Of a stretch of 64,000 nucleotides of DNA, positions 23,793 to 33,062 are shown one piece after another (position 1 is the first letter of the stretch; every line of letters starts with the position of its first letter). The notes beneath the pieces were generated by a model. The model searched no databases. It was not told the DNA's origin and saw only the letters and a list, made by a program, of their open reading frames with translations. Where the stretch lies: contig JAYRJL010000007.1 of assembly GCA_041906305.1 (NCBI GenBank), positions 196,042 to 260,041 of the forward strand. The letters run 5' to 3'. The stretch comes from Alphaproteobacteria bacterium. GTDB taxonomy: Bacteria > Pseudomonadota > Alphaproteobacteria > SHVZ01. A program made the translations under genes and the position numbers.

Positions 23793-25466
23793 TCAGAAGG
23801 CGGCGACGCCGCCGGAGCGCGCGTCGCTGGCGGGGACCAGTCCATCGGCCGTCCGCCACACCGCCGAGGGGCGGCCGAAGCTGGTCGGCAGGCCGACGCC
23901 GTCGACCAGCCGGACCCGATGGCCGAGGGCCGTCAGGCGATCGATCACGGCTTGGCCGGTGCGGCTGTCGACCTCGAGATCGTCGCCCTCCGTGTGAATG
24001 CGCGGAAGGTCGATAGATTGTTGAGGATCAATATGATGATCGAGATAATTAATAGTTAAATTTAGAATTGCAGAGGGGATGCGATAGCCTCCCGAGCCCG
24101 CGATCCCGCCGATCGACCGGCCACTTTCGCGGAAGATCGCGACCGGGGCGGCGTAGAGCGGCATGCGTCCTGGCCCGACCGAATTGGCCTGGCCTGGGCG
24201 TGGGTCGAACCACTGCATCGCATTGCCGAGGAAGACCCCGGTGCCGGGGATCATGACCAGCGAGCCGAAGGCGCTGCCGAGGCTGGTGATCAGGCTCGCC
24301 ATGTTGCCGTCGCCGTCGGCGCAGACGATCTGGGTCGTGCCCTCGAAGGGCGGCGGCGGGACGGACGGGGTCGACCCCTGGTGAGGCCACGGGTTGCCCG
24401 GCTCGACCTTGGTCCTCGCCTTGTCGGTCCGGATCAGGGCGGCCTGCGCCGCGGCGAACGCCTTGCTGGCAAGACCCTCGAGCGGCGCCTTCAGGTGCCT
24501 GGGGTCGGCGGCATGGGCGAAGTTGTCGGCGAAGGACTGGGCGAGCGCCTCGGCGACCAGGTGCCGGACCTCGCCCCCGTGCGGGTCGAGGGCGCCCAGG
24601 TCGAACCGCTCCAGGATGTTGAGCGCCTCGACATAGATCAGGTCGCCGCAGGTGACGTAGTCGCGGCCGCGGTAGTCGTACCAGGGCTGGAGGAAGGTGT
24701 CCGGCCTGTAGCCGGCGAGGTCCTCGGCGGTCAGTAGGCCGCCGGCCTCCTTCATCTCGCGGTCGATCGCCTGAGCGAGCGGGCCGCCATAGAAGGCGGC
24801 GGCACCCTTCTCGGCGATGGTCTCCAGGGTCCGGGCCATGTCCGAGAAGTCAAAGCGGTGGAAGGCGCCGCCGGCATTGGCCGGTCGGGGCGGGGCGTCG
24901 TCGGGGAGCAGCCATTTCGCCGCCTCGGCATACTGCCTGATCTCGACCGTTCGGCCGGCGACCGAGGCGGTCAGCTTCGGGTCGGCGACGACGCCGGCGC
25001 GGGCGAGGTCGATCGCCGGGCCGACCAGGACCTTCCACGGCAGCCGTGCGAAAAGCCGGTGTGCCTCCCAGAGGCCAGCGATGGTGCCGGGGATGCCGAC
25101 CGAGAGATGGCCCGTCGTGTTGATCGCGCCCTCGACGCCGCCCCAGCCGGCGTTCCGCCACTTGGCCAGCGCCTTTGTGTACATCTCCGGCGTCGCCGCC
25201 TTGGGCGCGCGGATGAAGTGGTCGATGCCGACCGCCTGGTTCGTCTTCGAGAGATAGACCGACATGCGGCCGTGGCCGCCGATGCCGCACATCTGCGGCT
25301 CGACGACGAAGGAGGCGAAGGCGCCGGCGATCGCCGCGTCGACCGCATTGCCGCCCTGGCGGATGATCTCGACGCCGACATCTGCCGCGGTCTGGTGACC
25401 GCAAGCGACAGCGCCACGTGCGCCGCTGATCGGCGTGCGACCGAGGATGACCGAGCCTGGACGCAT
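23793..25466 (-). CDS. gamma-glutamyltranspeptidase-family Ntn hydrolase, leaderless (GGT-2)
   Basis: Track ORF 23793..26999 trimmed to ATG 25464-25466 (MRPGSVILGR...), which shares 1 nt with the GGT-3 stop; 557 aa. Blocks QGGNAVDAAIAGAF, Thr nucleophile context FEGTTQIVCADGDGN, and oxyanion SGGYRI. Confidence 0.9.
   Translation of the reverse strand: MRPGSVILGRTPISGARGAVACGHQTAADVGVEIIRQGGNAVDAAIAGAFASFVVEPQMCGIGGHGRMSVYLSKTNQAVGIDHFIRAPKAATPEMYTKALAKWRNAGWGGVEGAINTTGHLSVGIPGTIAGLWEAHRLFARLPWKVLVGPAIDLARAGVVADPKLTASVAGRTVEIRQYAEAAKWLLPDDAPPRPANAGGAFHRFDFSDMARTLETIAEKGAAAFYGGPLAQAIDREMKEAGGLLTAEDLAGYRPDTFLQPWYDYRGRDYVTCGDLIYVEALNILERFDLGALDPHGGEVRHLVAEALAQSFADNFAHAADPRHLKAPLEGLASKAFAAAQAALIRTDKARTKVEPGNPWPHQGSTPSVPPPPFEGTTQIVCADGDGNMASLITSLGSAFGSLVMIPGTGVFLGNAMQWFDPRPGQANSVGPGRMPLYAAPVAIFRESGRSIGGIAGSGGYRIPSAILNLTINYLDHHIDPQQSIDLPRIHTEGDDLEVDSRTGQAVIDRLTALGHRVRLVDGVGLPTSFGRPSAVWRTADGLVPASDARSGGVAAF
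24015..24074 (-). other. AT-rich rare-codon island inside the GGT-2 coding sequence
   Basis: 20 consecutive in-frame codons, 19 ending in A/T. 16 G/C of 60 nt by hand count. The reading frame is intact and the peptide aligns with its paralogues. Confidence 0.85.
24021..24049 (+). promoter_or_regulatory. sigma70-like promoter motif, antisense to GGT-2
   Basis: TTGAGG (24021-24026), 17-nt spacer, GATAAT (24044-24049). Motif match only; no downstream plus-strand gene is supported. Confidence 0.3.
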
Positions 25467-27175
25467 CAGCACGCGGCCGCCGCGGAAGCCCAGGCGGGGC
25501 CCGAGCCGGCGCGCATCGAGCCGTCCTTGGCGACGGTGATCGCATTCACGCGGCCGAAGGCGTTCAGGCCTGGGGACTCGGTCTGCGTTACGACCTTGTG
25601 GCCCATCTTGGCGAGGCCATCGCGGACCTCGGCCGGGATGCGGCCGTCGATATAGGTCTCCTGGCCCTGGCAGTGGATGCGGGGCGCGTCGACCGCCGCC
25701 TGGGGGCCCATGCCGAACTCGGTCGCGTAGAGGAAGGCGTGCAGCACGCCGGTGGTGATGCGGTAGCCGCCCGAGCCGCAGCCGGCGAAGACGGCGCGGC
25801 CGTCCTTCTCGGCGACCAGCGAGGGGGCTGCGAAGATCGGCATCTTGCCCGGCCTGATGCAGTTCGCCTGGTCGGGGCGCGGGTCGAAGTTCTGCATCGA
25901 GTTGTTCAGGATCACGCCGGTGCCCGGGACGATCATCAGCGAGCCGAAGCCGCTGGTGAGGCTGGTGATGAGAGCGCAGACGTTGCCGTCCGCATCGGCC
26001 GAGGCCATCTGGCTGGTGCCGGCAAGCTTGGCGATGCCGGGCTCGTTGGCGATCCGCGTCGGCCGCTCGGCCGAGTTGTCGTAAGGCCAGGGATCGGCGG
26101 CGGCGACGGGGCGGGGGAGCGCGCGGTCCATGCGAAGCTGCTGGGCGCGCATCTTCCCGAACTCGGGGCTGGCAAGGCCTTCGACCGGCGCCCGCTCGTA
26201 ATCCGGATCGCCGTAATGCGTCATGCTGTCGATGAAGCCGCAGGCGAGCGCTTCGGCGACCAGATGGCGGAAGGCGAGACTGTCCTTGCCCATGCCCTTG
26301 AGGTCGAAGCACTCGAGGATGTTGAGTGTCTCGTAGGTCACCTGGTCGTAGCAGGTGTTGGTGTTCATGCCGCGATAGCGCGTCGGCTTCTCTTCGAGGA
26401 TGCGGGTCTTGTAGGCGCCGAGGTCGGCGGCAGTCAGGATGCCGCCCAGGCCCGTGACATGGCGCTCGATCGCTTCCGCGACCGGGCCCTCGTAGAAACC
26501 GGCCGCACCTTTTTCGGCGATGCGCCGGATCGTCTTCGCGAGATCCTTGCCGTCGAGGCGGTCGCCGCCGCCGGCGAGCTGGCCCGCGGCCTTCGGCGGC
26601 AGGTTGTTCCGCAGCAGCCACTCGGCTGTCGTCGGCAGTGCCTGGATCGCGGCCAGCCGCTCCGAGATCGGCAGCAGCAGCTGCCAGGTGACCTCGATGC
26701 CGGCCTCGGCCTCGGCGATCGCCGGCTCCAGCACCTTGGCGAGCGGAAGCTTCCCGAACATGCGGTGCGCGTCGCAGAGGCCGGCGACCGCGCCTGGTAC
26801 CGCCGGCGCCAGCGGACCCTGCTCGGCCTTCATGCCGACCGTGTAGGGAAAGCCGTAGTACTTGTTCGGCTTGGTGCGATCGATCTCGAACATGTCCGGC
26901 CGCGCCGCACCCGGTGCCCGCACATAGTGATCGAAGGTGACGAACCGCTTCTCGCGGCCGAGCCAGACGGCGAGGTGGCCGTAGCCGCCGATGCCGCATG
27001 ACGCCGGCTCGACGACGAAGCCCACGAACGCCGCCGCGACCACCGCGTCGATCGCATTGCCGCCGGCCTCGATCATCGCGATGCCGGCCGCGGCCTCGGC
27101 CGGATGCCCTCCGGTGACGACGCCGCGCGCACCCGCGACCTCGGTGCGGGTCGCGACCATCTGGCTCTGGATCAT
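25466..27175 (-). CDS. gamma-glutamyltranspeptidase-family Ntn hydrolase, leaderless (GGT-3)
   Basis: Track ORF 25466..28900 trimmed to ATG 27173-27175 (MIQSQMVATRT...), ATGA overlap with the ATPase stop; 569 aa. Blocks AGGNAIDAVVAAAF, LAGTSQMASADADGN and GSGGYRI. Confidence 0.9.
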   Translation of the reverse strand: MIQSQMVATRTEVAGARGVVTGGHPAEAAAGIAMIEAGGNAIDAVVAAAFVGFVVEPASCGIGGYGHLAVWLGREKRFVTFDHYVRAPGAARPDMFEIDRTKPNKYYGFPYTVGMKAEQGPLAPAVPGAVAGLCDAHRMFGKLPLAKVLEPAIAEAEAGIEVTWQLLLPISERLAAIQALPTTAEWLLRNNLPPKAAGQLAGGGDRLDGKDLAKTIRRIAEKGAAGFYEGPVAEAIERHVTGLGGILTAADLGAYKTRILEEKPTRYRGMNTNTCYDQVTYETLNILECFDLKGMGKDSLAFRHLVAEALACGFIDSMTHYGDPDYERAPVEGLASPEFGKMRAQQLRMDRALPRPVAAADPWPYDNSAERPTRIANEPGIAKLAGTSQMASADADGNVCALITSLTSGFGSLMIVPGTGVILNNSMQNFDPRPDQANCIRPGKMPIFAAPSLVAEKDGRAVFAGCGSGGYRITTGVLHAFLYATEFGMGPQAAVDAPRIHCQGQETYIDGRIPAEVRDGLAKMGHKVVTQTESPGLNAFGRVNAITVAKDGSMRAGSGPAWASAAAAC

Positions 27176-29217
27176 GTCAGCTCTTTCTCTTGAACGCGGG
27201 CGAGATCGTTCATCGGGATGTGGCAGGCCATGCGGTGGCCGGCCGGCGTCACCTGCTCGGGTGGACGCGTGGTCTCGCAGATCGATCCCTCCTTCCGCGG
27301 GCAGCGGGTGTGGAAGGGGCAACCCTTCGGCGGATCGAGCGGGCTCGGCGTCTCGCCCTCGACCGGCGCGTCGAGTCCCTGGTCGTTGTCGAGCTTCGGC
27401 TGCGCCTTCAGCAGCAGCTCGGTGTAGGGATGGTGCGGGGCCGAGAACACCTGGTTCGTGGTGCCCGCTTCCATCACCTGGCCGAGATACATGACGACGA
27501 CGGTGTCGGCGACGTAGCGCACCAGCGCCAGGTCGTGGCTGATCAGGATCAGCGTCGTCCCGTGCGCGCGCTGGATCTCCATCAGCAGCTGCGTGACCGC
27601 GGCGCGGACCGAGACGTCGAGCGCCGAGACCGGCTCGTCGGCAACGACGATGTCGGGCCGTCCGACGAAGGCGCGGGCGATGGCGATCCGCTGCTTCTGG
27701 CCGCCCGAAAGGTGGCGCGGCTTGCGCTCGGCGATGCCCGGCGGCAGGCGGATCTCGGCGAATAGGTCGCGCACGCGGTCCGCGCGTTCCTTGCGGCCAA
27801 GATTGAGAAGGCGCTTGGCGACACGCGCGATCTGGCGGCCGACCTTGTAGCTGGGATTCAGCGTCTCGTCCGGGTTCTGGAACACCATCTGCAGCGCGCG
27901 CAGCTGATCGCGCGAGCGGTCGATGACGGAGATCCGTCCGAGATCGGACCCTGCGACCTCGACCTTGCCGCCCGTCGAGCGTTCGAGCCCCGTCAGGATG
28001 CGGGCGAAGGTCGACTTGCCGCAGCCGGACTCGCCGACGATGGCCAGCGTGCGGCCGGACTCGGCATCGAAGGTCAGGTGATCGTTGGCGCGCACCTTCA
28101 GCGGCTCGGCGAAGGGCAGGAGCCCGCGCAGGCCCGGCGGCGTCAGGTTGTAGTCCTTGCTGAGATTGTCGACCGCGACCGAGATGCCTTCTGCGAAAGC
28201 GGCGGGTTCTCCTGCGACGCCGGCGATCAATCCAGGCTCGATCTCGTCGGCTCGGACGCAGCGGACCAGGGAGTCCTTGCCGTCGTCGATCAGTTGCGGA
28301 TGCGCGATATCGCAGCGTCCCGGCACGGCATAGACGCAGCGCGGCATGAAGAAGCAGCCGGCCGGACGCTCCCATGGCGCCGGGATCTGGCCGGGGATCG
28401 GCGCCAGCGGCCGGGCGATCTTGTCGGCGCCGGACTCCGGCAGGCAAGCGATCAGGCCGCGCGTATAGGGATGGATGGGATCGGTGAGGATGCGGCGGGT
28501 CGGGCCTTCCTCGACGATCTCGCCGGCATACATGACGGCGATCCGCTCGCAGACGCGCGAGATCAGCGCCAAGTTGTGCGAGATGTAGAGCAGCGAGGTG
28601 CCGAAGCGCCGGCTGATCTCGGCGATCAGCTTGACCACGCTCGCCTCGACGGTGACGTCGAGGCCGGTCGTCGGCTCGTCGAGCAGGAGCAGGGCCGGGT
28701 TGGCGAGCAGCGCCATCGCGATCACGACGCGCTGCTGCTGGCCGCCGGAGATTTCGTGAGGGAAGGCGCGGAACACGCGGTCGGGATCGGGGATGCGGAC
28801 CTCGGCCAGCATCGTCTTGGCGCGGCGCTCGGCCTCGGGTCCGACCACGTCCTCGTGGAAGCGCAGCACCTCGGTCAGCTGCGCGCCGATGGTAAGGCAC
28901 GGATTGAGCGCCGACATCGCCTCCTGGAACACCATGGCGATGCGCTTGCCACGGACGTGGCGCAGCTCGGCCGGCGACATCGTTGCCATGTCCCGGCCCT
29001 CGAACAGCATGCGGCCGCCGACGATCTGTCCACGGCCGGCGAGCCAGCGCATGACGCCGAAGGCGATCGTCGACTTGCCGCAGCCGGACTCGCCGACGAG
29101 GCCCAGGCTCTCTCCCGGATTCAGCCTGAGCGACACGTCGACCACCGCCGGCACCGCGCCGCGCCGCGTGCGGTAGGAGATCGAGAGCTTGTCGAGCTCG
29201 AGGAGGGGCGCGGTCAT
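27172..29217 (-). CDS. fused double-NBD ABC ATPase (DppD-DppF type)
   Basis: 681 aa. Two Walker A sites (GESGCGKS twice), ISGGQQQR and LSGGQKQR signatures, and a Cys-rich oligopeptide-ATPase C-terminal tail. Confidence 0.93.
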   Translation of the reverse strand: MTAPLLELDKLSISYRTRRGAVPAVVDVSLRLNPGESLGLVGESGCGKSTIAFGVMRWLAGRGQIVGGRMLFEGRDMATMSPAELRHVRGKRIAMVFQEAMSALNPCLTIGAQLTEVLRFHEDVVGPEAERRAKTMLAEVRIPDPDRVFRAFPHEISGGQQQRVVIAMALLANPALLLLDEPTTGLDVTVEASVVKLIAEISRRFGTSLLYISHNLALISRVCERIAVMYAGEIVEEGPTRRILTDPIHPYTRGLIACLPESGADKIARPLAPIPGQIPAPWERPAGCFFMPRCVYAVPGRCDIAHPQLIDDGKDSLVRCVRADEIEPGLIAGVAGEPAAFAEGISVAVDNLSKDYNLTPPGLRGLLPFAEPLKVRANDHLTFDAESGRTLAIVGESGCGKSTFARILTGLERSTGGKVEVAGSDLGRISVIDRSRDQLRALQMVFQNPDETLNPSYKVGRQIARVAKRLLNLGRKERADRVRDLFAEIRLPPGIAERKPRHLSGGQKQRIAIARAFVGRPDIVVADEPVSALDVSVRAAVTQLLMEIQRAHGTTLILISHDLALVRYVADTVVVMYLGQVMEAGTTNQVFSAPHHPYTELLLKAQPKLDNDQGLDAPVEGETPSPLDPPKGCPFHTRCPRKEGSICETTRPPEQVTPAGHRMACHIPMNDLARVQEKELT

Positions 29218-29218
29218 G

Positions 29219-30079
29219 TCAGTCGGCCAGCGACAGCTCGCGGAGGCCGTCGGCGATCAGGTTGAACGCCAGCACCAGCGAGGAGACCGCGAGGCACGGG
29301 AACACCGCCATGTGCGGAAACACCAGCGCGAAGTGGCGGGACTCGTTGATCATGCTGCCCCAGTCGGGCGTCGGCGGGGGGATGCCGAGGCCGAGGAAGC
29401 CCAGCGTGCCGATCGTGATCGTGACGTAGCCGAGGCGCAGGCAGGCATCGACGATCAGCGGCCCGCGCGCGTTCGGCAGGATCTCGACGAACAGGATGTA
29501 GAAGGTGGACTCGCCGCGCATCTGCGCCGCCGAGACGTAGGCGCGGCTGCGGAGGTCGAGCACGACGCCGCGCACCAGCCGCATGATCCCGGGGCTGCTC
29601 GCCAGCGTGACCGCGATCAGGATGTTGATCCCGGACGCGCCGAATTTCTGGATGATCACGATGTAGACGACGATGACGGGGAAGGCCAGGACCAGGTCGG
29701 CGAAGCGCGACAGGAGCTCATCGACCCAGCCGCCCTTGTAGCCCGCGATCAGGCCGAGGGTTACGCCGACCGAGTAGGCGCAGAGCGTCGCCAGCGGTGC
29801 GTAGGTCAGGACCGTGCGGCCGCCATATATCAGGCGCGAAAGCACGTCGCGCCCGAGATGATCGGCGCCGAACAGCATCAGGCGGCCGTCGGGCGCGCGG
29901 TCTCCCGGCAGCGCCATCGGCACCAGGTTCTGGTTCGGACCGAAGGGCGCGATCAGCGGCGCGAGGATCGCGACCAGGATCCAGAAGAAGAGGATCGATA
30001 GGCCGGCTATGAGGATCGGGCTCTCGCGCAGGAGCGAGAGCGGCGTCACGCTCTTCTGGGTCGCGGTCGCGTCGGTCAT
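29219..30079 (-). CDS. ABC transporter permease (DppC/OppC-like)
   Basis: Track ORF 29219..30811 trimmed to ATG 30077-30079 (MTDATATQKS...), ATGA overlap with the upstream permease stop; 286 aa. Blocks FGADHLGRDVLSRL and YVSAAQMRGES. Confidence 0.9.
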   Translation of the reverse strand: MTDATATQKSVTPLSLLRESPILIAGLSILFFWILVAILAPLIAPFGPNQNLVPMALPGDRAPDGRLMLFGADHLGRDVLSRLIYGGRTVLTYAPLATLCAYSVGVTLGLIAGYKGGWVDELLSRFADLVLAFPVIVVYIVIIQKFGASGINILIAVTLASSPGIMRLVRGVVLDLRSRAYVSAAQMRGESTFYILFVEILPNARGPLIVDACLRLGYVTITIGTLGFLGLGIPPPTPDWGSMINESRHFALVFPHMAVFPCLAVSSLVLAFNLIADGLRELSLAD

Positions 30080-31011
30080 CGCGCCACCCGGATGCGCGGG
30101 TTGAGGAGGCCATAGCCGATGTCGGCGAGCGTCTGGGTTCCGACCGCGATCAGCACCGAGATCGCGGTGCAGGCCTGCAGCAGGAACAGGTCGTGCGCCA
30201 GCGAGGCTTCGAGGATCAGCGAGCCGAATCCCTTGTAGGCGAAGAAGAACTCGACGACCACGACGCCGCCGATCAGCCAGTTGATCTGCAGCATGATCAC
30301 GGTGAAGGGTGGGATCAGCGCGTTGCGGAGCGCGTGGCGGAGGATGATCCACCAGTCGGGCAGACCCTTCAGCGTCGCGGTGCGGATATAGGCGGTCTGC
30401 ATCACGTCGGCCATCGAGGCCCGGGTGATGCGCGTGAGGTAGCCGAAGTCGTAGAGCAGCAGCACCGCGACCGGCATCACCAGCTCCTTCCAGCGGAAGC
30501 CGTCGATCATGCTGCTGGTGCCGGGCAGGAGCCCGAGGGTGAACACGAAGATCGCCGCCAGCAGCACGGCGCTGGCGAAGGGCGGGATCGAGGTGGTGAG
30601 GATCGAGGCGAAGGAGATGGCGCGGTCGATCGGCGAACCCTCCTTCATGCCCGCGATCACGCCGAGTCCGAGCGAGAGCGGGATCAGGATCGCGAAGAAG
30701 CAGGCGGCGAGGATCCCGGATGCCGCGAGCCGGGGCCCGAGCACGGTCGAGACCGGCGCGTTGTAGAGGCGCGAGTTGCCGAATTCGCCGGTGATGCACC
30801 GCCGCGCCCAATCGAGGAAGCGGACATGCATCGGCTCGAGATAGCCGTTGGCCAGGAGCCAGAGATCGCGCTGCTCGCGGGTGGAGTATTGGCCGAGCGC
30901 GTCGGCGGCGACCGTCTCCGGCGAGATCTCGAAGATCAGGAAAAGCACGATCGAGACCAGCGCGATCGAGACTGCCGAATTGAAAAGGCGTTGGACGATC
31001 AACCGCGCCAT
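30076..31011 (-). CDS. ABC transporter permease (DppB/OppB-like)
   Basis: 311 aa. Blocks MARLIVQRLFNSAVS and YIRTATLKGLPDWWIILRHALRNAL. Confidence 0.9.
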   Translation of the reverse strand: MARLIVQRLFNSAVSIALVSIVLFLIFEISPETVAADALGQYSTREQRDLWLLANGYLEPMHVRFLDWARRCITGEFGNSRLYNAPVSTVLGPRLAASGILAACFFAILIPLSLGLGVIAGMKEGSPIDRAISFASILTTSIPPFASAVLLAAIFVFTLGLLPGTSSMIDGFRWKELVMPVAVLLLYDFGYLTRITRASMADVMQTAYIRTATLKGLPDWWIILRHALRNALIPPFTVIMLQINWLIGGVVVVEFFFAYKGFGSLILEASLAHDLFLLQACTAISVLIAVGTQTLADIGYGLLNPRIRVAR

Positions 31012-31319
31012 CGACTGCGTCGCGCCCCCTGAAGCATCGCGATCGGAAAAGCCGGCGCGATGTTACCTAAGGAGGATGCCTCGAGGCAGCCAAATGCGAC
31101 GAGCCGAGGTCGAAATCCACCTCATGATGCAATGCTTCCTCGAACGCACCGTGCGTGTTTCGTCAGGCGGGAACACGTTCGAGCGTGTGTCGCTTCCGGG
31201 ATACGAACAGTCGCCTTTGGTCGACTTGCCGACCGGGCGCAAGGTGACGCTTTCGGATCAGAAAGGAGGGCGGCCGGAAGTCGGCCGCTCCCGGCTTCTG
31301 CGCCTTGGGGAGGTGCTGC

Positions 31320-33005
31320 ATGTCCCGTGACGATCGCGAACATTCCTACGTTCCGAAGCTGAAGACGCTGTTTGCCGACGGCAAGTGCGACCGGCGCGAG
31401 TTCCTGCGCACCGCGACGCTGCTGGGTGTCAGCGCCTCGGCCGCCTATGCCTTCGCCGGCAAGATCGACAAGGGCGCCGTCGTGCCCGAGGCGCTGGCGC
31501 AAGGGGCGCCGCGCAAGGGCGGCTCGCTGCGTCTTTGCGCGCGGGTCCGCGAGATCCAGCATCTGCACCGGACCGGCAACGTGCCGGCGAGCAACCTCGC
31601 CCGCCAGGTGGTCGAGTACCTCGCCAACACCGGGCCGGACAACATCACCCGCCCGATGCTGCTGGAGAGCTGGCAGCCGAGCGAAGACCTCAAGACCTGG
31701 ACGCTCAAGATCCGCAAGGACGTGAAGTGGCGGAAAGGCGGCACGCTCAATGCCGACCAGGTGATCTGGAACATCAAGAGCGTGCTCGATCCCAAGACCG
31801 GCTCATCGGTCCTGGGGCTGATGAAGGCCTATATGACGGTCGATGAGCCGACCGGCGAGATGGACGCCAACGGCAAGCCGAAGACGACGACCAGGCTGTG
31901 GGACTCGAAGGCGATCGAGAAGGTCGACGACCTGACCGTCCGCCTCAACCTGCGCATGCCGCAGCTGGCGGTGCCGGAGCACTTCTTCCACTACCCGTTC
32001 TTCATCGCCCACCCGGACGAGGACGGGAAGTTCGGCGTCGGCATGAACGGCACCGGGCCGTTCGAGCTGGCCGAATACGACATCACCAAGCGCGCCGTGC
32101 TGAAGGCGCGGAGCGACTACTGGGGCAAGGGGCCGTATCTGAACGAGGTGATCTTCGTCGATCTCGGCGACGATCCGTCGGCCGAGGTCGCGGCGATGGC
32201 CTCCAAGCAGGTGCACTCGATCGTCGCCACCGGCCCGGCGCAGCTGCCGATCCTGAAGCGGCTGCCGGATCTCGACTTCTATTCGGTCGGCACCGGCGCC
32301 ACCGTTCATGCGCGTGCGTATCCGGTGAAGCCGTTCGACGACAAGCGCGTGATGCAGGCGCTTCGCTACGCGACCGACAACGACAAGGTGGCGGAGGTCA
32401 CCTTCGGCGAGATCGGCTCGCGCGCCGAGCACCACCACGTGGCTCCGGTGCATCCGGAATACGCGCCGCTGCCGCCGTTCAAGAAGGACGTCGCCAAGGC
32501 GAAGAAGCTGCTCGCCGACGCAGGCTATCCGAACGGTCTGGAGATCCCGATCCCGCTCACCGTGTCCAACAACTGGACCAAGGACGTGGCGACGGTGATG
32601 ATCCAGCAGTGGGAGGAGATCGGGGTCAAGACCAAGCTCGAGGTCCTGCCCTCGCCGGAGTGGAACAAGGTCTGGAATACCGCGCCCTTCGCGTGCGGCG
32701 ACTGGTCCCACCGCCCGCTCGGTGTCATGTGCCTGGCGCTCGCCTATCGAACCGGCGTTCCCTGGAACGAGTCGGGCTTCTCGAATGCCGAGTTCGACAA
32801 GATCCTCGACCTCGCCGAGGCGACCGCCGACGTCGAGAAGCGCCGCGAGCATGTGAAGAAGCTGGAAGAAATCCTCCAGAACGACGGTCCGCTGGTGCAG
32901 CCGCTGTTCCGCAAGGTCTTCACCTACTGCGACAAGAAGATGAAGGGCTTCAGGATGCACCCGACCCAGTACATCGAGTGCAACGAGATCTGGCTCGACG
33001 CCTAG
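31320..33005 (+). CDS. ABC transporter substrate-binding protein, family 5, Tat-type signal
   Basis: Trimmed to ATG 31320 (MSRDDREHSYV...), with GGGAGG about 6 nt upstream; 561 aa. Twin-arginine motif DRREFLRTATLLGVSASAAYAFA. Divergent from the permease operon. Confidence 0.88.
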   Translation: MSRDDREHSYVPKLKTLFADGKCDRREFLRTATLLGVSASAAYAFAGKIDKGAVVPEALAQGAPRKGGSLRLCARVREIQHLHRTGNVPASNLARQVVEYLANTGPDNITRPMLLESWQPSEDLKTWTLKIRKDVKWRKGGTLNADQVIWNIKSVLDPKTGSSVLGLMKAYMTVDEPTGEMDANGKPKTTTRLWDSKAIEKVDDLTVRLNLRMPQLAVPEHFFHYPFFIAHPDEDGKFGVGMNGTGPFELAEYDITKRAVLKARSDYWGKGPYLNEVIFVDLGDDPSAEVAAMASKQVHSIVATGPAQLPILKRLPDLDFYSVGTGATVHARAYPVKPFDDKRVMQALRYATDNDKVAEVTFGEIGSRAEHHHVAPVHPEYAPLPPFKKDVAKAKKLLADAGYPNGLEIPIPLTVSNNWTKDVATVMIQQWEEIGVKTKLEVLPSPEWNKVWNTAPFACGDWSHRPLGVMCLALAYRTGVPWNESGFSNAEFDKILDLAEATADVEKRREHVKKLEEILQNDGPLVQPLFRKVFTYCDKKMKGFRMHPTQYIECNEIWLDA

Positions 33006-33025
33006 GCGCTCAGTCGTGGTCGACG

Positions 33026-33062
33026 CGGCGTGGAGGTCCCGGATCTCCGCGCCGTTCCTTTT
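33026..33062 (+). terminator. Rho-independent terminator candidate after the Tat-SBP gene
   Basis: Stem GGCGTGGAG (33027-33035) and CTCCGCGCC (33045-33053) with one G-U and a 9-nt loop, followed by GTTCCTTTT. A second small hairpin CCGAC-N6-GTCGG plus TTTT follows. Confidence 0.5.

Noticed and set aside
24068-24256. 62-aa plus-strand ORF just downstream of the antisense promoter-like motif in the AT island
   Set aside because: It has a TTG start, no SD, and an Arg-rich product (…SRRSTGHFRGRSRPGRRRAA…) lying antisense to conserved GGT-2 codons. If an antisense transcript exists, I would expect it to be non-coding.
23793-28900. Apparent giant fusion proteins (track ORFs 23793..26999, 1068 aa, and 25466..28900, 1144 aa) that would merge the GGT genes with upstream genes
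   Set aside because: The N-terminal halves are Arg/Pro/Gly-rich out-of-frame shadows of the upstream genes. Each GGT family domain begins at an internal ATG that overlaps the upstream stop (25464-25466; 27173-27175). They are therefore separate, translationally coupled genes.
31060-31362. 100-aa plus-strand ORF in the permease / SBP control region
   Set aside because: It has no SD and an Arg/Ala/Pro-rich product, and it overlaps the well-supported SBP start in another frame. The alternative 31076..31330 uORF is discussed as a low-confidence finding rather than called as a gene.
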